Source: Planctomycetia bacterium (GTDB lineage: Bacteria; Planctomycetota; Planctomycetia; Gemmatales; Gemmataceae). Taken from it: a DNA stretch of 32,381 nucleotides. Of the stretch, positions 27,537 to 32,381 are shown piece by piece. The translations under genes were made by a program, and so were the position numbers. Each line of letters opens with the position of its first letter. The first letter of the stretch is position 1. The DNA lies in contig SXHE01000867.1 of assembly GCA_005773755.1 (NCBI GenBank), positions 1-32,381 of the forward strand, written 5' to 3'. The notes beneath the pieces are model-generated. The model did not search any database. It was not told where the DNA came from and was given only the letters and a program-made list of their open reading frames with translations.

Positions 27537-27582
27537 CCCCCTGTAGGTACCTTGCCGGGCCGCCTACAGGGGGTTCTCGTTT
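27537..27582 (+). terminator. Intrinsic terminator-like hairpin, possibly switchable
   Basis: CCCCCTGTAGG / CCTACAGGGGG 11-bp stem followed by TTCTCGTTT. Confidence 0.5.
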
Positions 27583-27712
27583 CCCCGCGTCGGGGTTGCG
27601 AGGTTCCGAGCGGGTGAGCCGGGGAGAGTCAACTCCGCGGCGCCCGCAGTGATCCCGGTGGACGGCACAATCTTGTCGGGCGCCACCGACTAACAACAGG
27701 AGGGACGAGCTG

Positions 27713-28708
27713 ATGTACCGACTCGAATGGGAGTTCCTCGACAACTTGTTCGAGGCCATCGGAGCGCTACCGGATGCTCCTCAGGACGTGACCGCGTACG
27801 TGGCGGGGGCACCAGCGGTCGGAACGCTCCCGCCCCCGTGGGTCACGTGGGCGCTGCTCCACCTGTTCTATCTCCAGTCGCAGATCCACAGGCTCGAACC
27901 ACCGCGGTCCCGATCGGGGAAGAAACGCACCACTGGGTGCCCGGCAGCGCGGCGCGAACGGCCCGTGCCGCCGGGGTGGGTGTGTCGACAGGAGGGGAAC
28001 CGTACGGCATACCGGCACAAGGCCACCGGCGAAACGGTCTGGCTCAACGACTCCGAGGGACCGCGCGAGCCCACCATCGGCGTGTTCCTCGAGCACACCG
28101 TCAGCTTTACCGATCCGCCTCCCGTCGTCGTCCGGCACCGGACGCTCACGCCGAGTGTGCTCGGGGTGGTGCCGGCCCTGTACTGGATGCGCGGTTGCAT
28201 GGCCATCGAACTGCTCAAGGGCGGGGATGACGATTCGGACTTCCTCACCGGAGAGTACCGGGACCGTGTGATCGACCTGACGTACTACGAGGATCGCTGC
28301 GGCGTGGTGGCCCGGTTCCTCGAACGGTGGGGGCGCTCCGTGGACCGACTCTGGCTCGCCGCCGGAATCGGCGACTGGCTCGCCGCCCACGACGAGGCGG
28401 TGCGGGTGGGGCTGAGCGAACTAATCGAATTGACCGGCACCCGTGCGGAAGAGTGCCGACGCGGGTGGACGAAGTACCTCGACAAGCGCCTGAGTGAGAC
28501 CATCCCCACCCCCGAGGTCCTGCTCGCTCTGGTCGATGTCGGCCGTGGGAGCGGTGTGGATGCCCTCGGGGGGTATACGGCAAAGGTCGCGGATCAGGTG
28601 ATCGACCGGTTACTGGTTATGCCCGCCGAGTACCGCGGACACGCCCACGAGTTCGCCGTCCGGTACTCCCCCGGCCGCCTCGCGGAAGTGGAACGGGAGA
28701 CCCCGTGA
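27713..28708 (+). CDS. Hypothetical protein, 331 aa
   Basis: AGGAGG upstream; protein-like composition; no recognised motif. Confidence 0.65.
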   Translation: MYRLEWEFLDNLFEAIGALPDAPQDVTAYVAGAPAVGTLPPPWVTWALLHLFYLQSQIHRLEPPRSRSGKKRTTGCPAARRERPVPPGWVCRQEGNRTAYRHKATGETVWLNDSEGPREPTIGVFLEHTVSFTDPPPVVVRHRTLTPSVLGVVPALYWMRGCMAIELLKGGDDDSDFLTGEYRDRVIDLTYYEDRCGVVARFLERWGRSVDRLWLAAGIGDWLAAHDEAVRVGLSELIELTGTRAEECRRGWTKYLDKRLSETIPTPEVLLALVDVGRGSGVDALGGYTAKVADQVIDRLLVMPAEYRGHAHEFAVRYSPGRLAEVERETP

Positions 28709-28845
28709 CGGGGCACCGTGCGACCGGGAACACGCGTCGTCGAACCGGCCGCACGGTGAGACCTTCGAGTGCAACATCCGCGGCGATCAGACCGTGTGGA
28801 GTGAAGATCGGCGACGCGACCGAGATCCACATTCCAGGAGTCACC

Positions 28846-30129
28846 ATGGCACTACAGAGAAAACGGCCCCCGGCCCCAGCGCCGGCTGCGGGCAGCAGGA
28901 ATTCCAAACGCCCCGCGAATTCAGGCGGGCCGACGAAGTCTGACTACCGGCCACGGCCGGCGCGCTCCGGTCCGCACGTCACCGCGGCCGTGAACACAAT
29001 CGTCACCAACTGCGGGTCGCGAGCGAAGCGCCTGCTCCGCTCCGATCATCCTCGCCTGCCCGCCCCGGTGGTCCTGAAGATCGCCCGTACTCACCCCGAC
29101 CGGCAGTGCTTCGCGCTCACCCAGGCCCGCGCCGGCCGAGACCCGCTCGGTCCGCCCCCGCCCGGCGTCCCGCCGCCGTTCGACACCCGCGGCCCCGGCG
29201 AGGTGCTCAGCCGCCTCGCACGGAATGCCGGGGCGCTCGACAAGGTCGCGGACGGACTCCTGGACCTGCCGGTCGATCGCTGGCCGACGGCCGACAAGCT
29301 ATCGGCCGTGCTCGCCCGCGCCGAAGCCATCGCCCGGCAGGGGCGCGCGATGAAGCACCTCGTGCGAAGCGCCGCGAGCCGAACGCCCGGCGGAGGCTCG
29401 GTGCAACGCACTTCGCGGCGGCACGCGAACGGTCCGGGCAAGCCCTTCGACCCGCGGTTCGCCCTGCGCGACGTGGCGGCTGCGGCCGGGGTGACCGGGA
29501 AGAACGCCCGCGACCTCCCCCGCGTACTCGCCGACACGCCCCCGACCGGCGCGCAGCGGGAGGCGCTCTTGGTCCGGCTCGGCGATCTGGAGGCTGCGGC
29601 ACTGCGACTCGCCGCGGTCATCCGGTCGCAGGGCCACGACAACTCCACCGAACCGTCAGGGGTGTTCGGTACCTACGTGGTGTTCTTCCGCCTGGCGCAG
29701 CCGCAGACCGGGTTGAAGATCGGCGCGCTGGGCACGTTCGACTTCCCGGCCGGGGTGTACGCGTACCTCGGCAGCGCGTTCGGGTCCGGCGGGGTGCGGA
29801 CGCGCACCGGGCGACACCTCACGCCCGACACGAAGAAGAAGTGGAACATCGACTGGCTCAAGCCGCACTGCGTCCCGGTCGCCGTCTGGTGGGCGCACGA
29901 CCGGCAGAAGGTCGAGTTCCAGTGGGCCGAGGTGATGGCATCGCTGCCCGGCGCGTCGTTCCCGGCGAAGGGGTTCGGGGCCGCGAACAACAAGACGGCA
30001 CGGGCGCACCTGGTGCGTTTCGTCGAGGTGCCGGCGTTCGAGGAGTTCCAGCGGCGCGTGTCGGCTCTCGCTCTCGACCACGCCGATGTTCATCGGATCG
30101 TGGTGGCGAACTGGGCAGCGGCCGGCTGA
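28846..30129 (+). CDS. Fusion protein with a C-terminal DUF123 (GIY-YIG/Uri superfamily) nuclease-like domain
   Basis: AGGAG at 28836-28840 then ATG 28846; GTYVVFF..IGALG..GVYAYLGSAFGSGG..RTGRH..WNIDWL..GFGA..HL. Confidence 0.75.
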   Translation: MALQRKRPPAPAPAAGSRNSKRPANSGGPTKSDYRPRPARSGPHVTAAVNTIVTNCGSRAKRLLRSDHPRLPAPVVLKIARTHPDRQCFALTQARAGRDPLGPPPPGVPPPFDTRGPGEVLSRLARNAGALDKVADGLLDLPVDRWPTADKLSAVLARAEAIARQGRAMKHLVRSAASRTPGGGSVQRTSRRHANGPGKPFDPRFALRDVAAAAGVTGKNARDLPRVLADTPPTGAQREALLVRLGDLEAAALRLAAVIRSQGHDNSTEPSGVFGTYVVFFRLAQPQTGLKIGALGTFDFPAGVYAYLGSAFGSGGVRTRTGRHLTPDTKKKWNIDWLKPHCVPVAVWWAHDRQKVEFQWAEVMASLPGASFPAKGFGAANNKTARAHLVRFVEVPAFEEFQRRVSALALDHADVHRIVVANWAAAG

Positions 30130-30272
30130 CCCGTGTGAACACATGCACCGCTGTCGCCGTCCGCGGCCAGCGGTGTTCTCTCGATCCCGCGTCGGGGTCG
30201 GGTGACCGAAGGTGGCTGACATGAGCCGACGAGGTCACCACCTGCGAATCGGCTACATTCAGGAGACACGAG

Positions 30273-31490
30273 ATGGCAAAGCGAATGGCGAACGGGGAGC
30301 CGGTTTCTTCCGACCAAGAGGCACTCCTCTCTGCGATCATCGAGTACCCGGACGAGAACACGCCGCGGCTGGCGTACGCCGACCTGCTGGACGAGATCGG
30401 GGGCGAATCGAATCACGCACGGGCCAAGCTCATCCGCCTCCAGATCGATGTGAATGGGATGCACTTCTTCCAGGAACGGAAGATCGCCAAAGATGAGATC
30501 AATCGGATTCTCGACCGGTATGGCGCGGCGTGGCAGGCCGAAGTGGGTCTCATCGACCGCTATACCTCCTACACGAGCCCGATCTTCCGACGGGGCTTCG
30601 TGATGTGTGCCCACCTGACCGCTAACCAGTTCCTCCGTGCTGGCGAAGGACTGGTGGCTCGAACCCCGCTCAGGGACATCGGGCTGAGGAGACTCGGAGA
30701 ACTCGTCCCGAAGCTCGCCGCGTTCCCGGCACTCGATCGGATCCGCGGCCTGTGGATCAATAATCAACTCATCGGCGCGAGCGCCGCACAGACCCTGACC
30801 CACTCTCTGCACCTCCGGTTGCTGGAGAGGCTCGACCTCGCCGTCAACGGTATCGGCGCTAGCGGCGCCCGGGCCATTTTGGAAGGGACCGCCGAGAGCG
30901 CCTTGAAGGACGTGAATTTTCGCAGCAACCACTTGGGTTCCACCGGCGCTACCCTGGTGGCGGAATGCCCGGCAATGGCCAAGCATGTTGCCCTGCGATT
31001 GGGTGATAACGACATCCAGTTGACGGGCGCGAGAGCGATCGCAAATTCGCCTTATCTCGGTCAGGTGACGGTGCTGGATCTGGATAACAATGGGCTCGGC
31101 CTCCACAGCGCGCTGGCGTTCGTTGGTAGCGCGTCCCTGCGCCCGCGCCACGTGAGTCTTGTCGGTAACAGCCTGGCAGACCGTGGGATTGCGGCTCTCG
31201 TCGCAGGCTCATTCGTCGAGACCGTTGAATCACTCGATCTGGAAGCCAACCGAATCGGTGAGCTCGGAGCGATGGCGATGGCTCGGTCGCCTCACCTACG
31301 GTGCCTCCGTGACTTGGATCTGGCCAACAATCCGGTGACCGACCGCGCGGCGCTGGCTCTGCGGGCCGGGCTGCCCACATTGAAACGGCTTGGCCTCAAG
31401 GGCACCCTCGTGAGCGAGAGGATTCGGAAGCAACTCTTCGGCAAGGAAACGACATCGGGCATCCTGGTGGACCGGGTGGGCAAGGAGTAA
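30273..31490 (+). CDS. TIGR02996 repeat-companion domain plus ~9 RI-like leucine-rich repeats
   Basis: AGGAG RBS; ALLSAIIEYPDENTPRLAYADLLDE..RAKLIRLQ, FRRGFV; repeats such as LERLDLAVNGIGASGARAI and LRDLDLANNPVTDRAALAL. Confidence 0.9.
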   Translation: MAKRMANGEPVSSDQEALLSAIIEYPDENTPRLAYADLLDEIGGESNHARAKLIRLQIDVNGMHFFQERKIAKDEINRILDRYGAAWQAEVGLIDRYTSYTSPIFRRGFVMCAHLTANQFLRAGEGLVARTPLRDIGLRRLGELVPKLAAFPALDRIRGLWINNQLIGASAAQTLTHSLHLRLLERLDLAVNGIGASGARAILEGTAESALKDVNFRSNHLGSTGATLVAECPAMAKHVALRLGDNDIQLTGARAIANSPYLGQVTVLDLDNNGLGLHSALAFVGSASLRPRHVSLVGNSLADRGIAALVAGSFVETVESLDLEANRIGELGAMAMARSPHLRCLRDLDLANNPVTDRAALALRAGLPTLKRLGLKGTLVSERIRKQLFGKETTSGILVDRVGKE

Positions 31491-32007
31491 TTCGCCCATT
31501 TGTGGAGCGGACCTGCGCCCAATCGAATCCTGCGAGTGGCGACTCACCCGGATTCGACTGGGCGCAGGCGGGAATCCGAGTCGATGGTCACGGAGTCCGG
31601 TGCCTCGCGGTTGACGAGAGAAAGCCAATGCTGGGTCGGTATTGGGATCGGAGGCAATCTGCAGACTTAGGTTCGCGGGTGGGACGTGCCACTGCCAGCG
31701 TCACCTCCGGCGCTCGTCGGGAGAGCATCGCCACTCGAGTGATCGCGGCGTGCCGGGAGCGGTGCCGCGGGTGCCCGGCTGGACGGAAGTTTGTCCCCTC
31801 GCCCCGGGCGGAAGACGGATTCAACGAGCAGTTCATCCATCGGCAACTGACAGCCGGCGTGATCCGAGAGGAACTCGATCAACTGGCCCGGATGGCCTCC
31901 TGATGATCAACGAGTTGATCGTGGGTGAACTCAGAACCGCAGAAGGCACTGAGGCAGTCGACAGACTCCCGACGGGCCTTACCCGCTGACACCACAGGAG
32001 CAACCGC

Positions 32008-32381
32008 ATGACAGCGAGATCGACTCTGAGCACTGAAGACGACATGTTCGACCGCTGGGTGGCGGCAAGAGACCCGGCGTCGCGCGACGTCCTGGAACCC
32101 CTTGAACTGAGCCCCCGGCTCACTCGCCTGTTCGCGGTCGCCGTCTGCCGCGACATATGGGGGCTGCTGACCGACGAGCGCAGCCGGGCCGCTGTTGAGA
32201 TCGCAGAAAGGCATGCGGACGACCGAGCGACGATCCGCGAGCGACGCGTCGCGTACAAGGCGGCCAGCGACGTCTACTTCGGCCTGTGCGAGATGTACGG
32301 GAGCGACCAGCGCCCGGAGATCGCGATCCCCTCCTTGGCGGCCTCGGCCGCGCGCGACGCCGTCGACACGCACGCGAGGGC
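32008..32381 (+). CDS. 3'-partial hypothetical protein resembling a Gemmata-expanded family (not in the ORF track)
   Basis: AGGAG at 31996-32000, ATG 32008, open to the window end; [35 protein letters not shown]. Confidence 0.7.
   Translation, partial: MTARSTLSTEDDMFDRWVAARDPASRDVLEPLELSPRLTRLFAVAVCRDIWGLLTDERSRAAVEIAERHADDRATIRERRVAYKAASDVYFGLCEMYGSDQRPEIAIPSLAASAARDAVDTHAR

Larger units (their letters stand above)
10133..32381 (+). mobile_element. Integrative element inserted at the tRNA-Asp 3' end (satellite/PICI-like layout); right boundary not seen
   Basis: Integrase directly after the tRNA; excisionase, SF3 helicase, primase, iterons, ParB-like and AAA_25 genes; all genes co-oriented; less biased codon usage than the host genes. 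Confidence 0.85.

Noticed and set aside
31491-32007. Short ORFs 31502..31903 and 31642..31989
   Set aside because: No recognisable motifs or RBS; they may be gene remnants but cannot be supported.
10133-32381. attR (repeat of the tRNA-Asp 3' end)
   Set aside because: No copy of GGTTCGAGTCCCGTCGTCCTCG found by eye; the right boundary is left undefined.

Overview
High-GC bacterial DNA, most likely a Gemmataceae-like planctomycete (inferred from a TIGR02996-LRR gene, a DUF3500 gene and tandem c554-like cytochromes). All family assignments come from motif recognition by eye, without database searches. Positions 1-10132 are host chromosome: a partial TPR gene, a flgG-like gene, three tandem ~pentaheme cytochromes c, a putative permuted papain-like protein, a Tat-exported DUF3500 protein, a Zn-ribbon membrane protein and tRNA-Asp(GTC). 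Directly 3' of the tRNA, an integrative element begins with all genes on the + strand, and it runs to or beyond the window end (no attR seen). Its order is: tyrosine integrase; an intact 771-aa ORF resembling a family-A DNA polymerase with its catalytic residues replaced; a sigma70 promoter driving a ~300-nt highly structured leader; a translationally coupled xis / solo RuvB-like / MoxR AAA+ / DUF2201-VWA operon; a D5/P4-type SF3 helicase; an iteron array (CGTCCGGAAT, putative ori); a TOPRIM primase; ParB-like and AAA_25 genes; then hypotheticals and cargo (DUF123 nuclease fusion, TIGR02996-LRR). No capsid, tail, terminase or conjugation genes are visible, so the layout resembles a P4/PICI-like satellite. 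The best candidates for a new system are the 'dead' PolA plus structured RNA in the slot normally held by the immunity module, and the xis-RuvB-MoxR-VWA operon.
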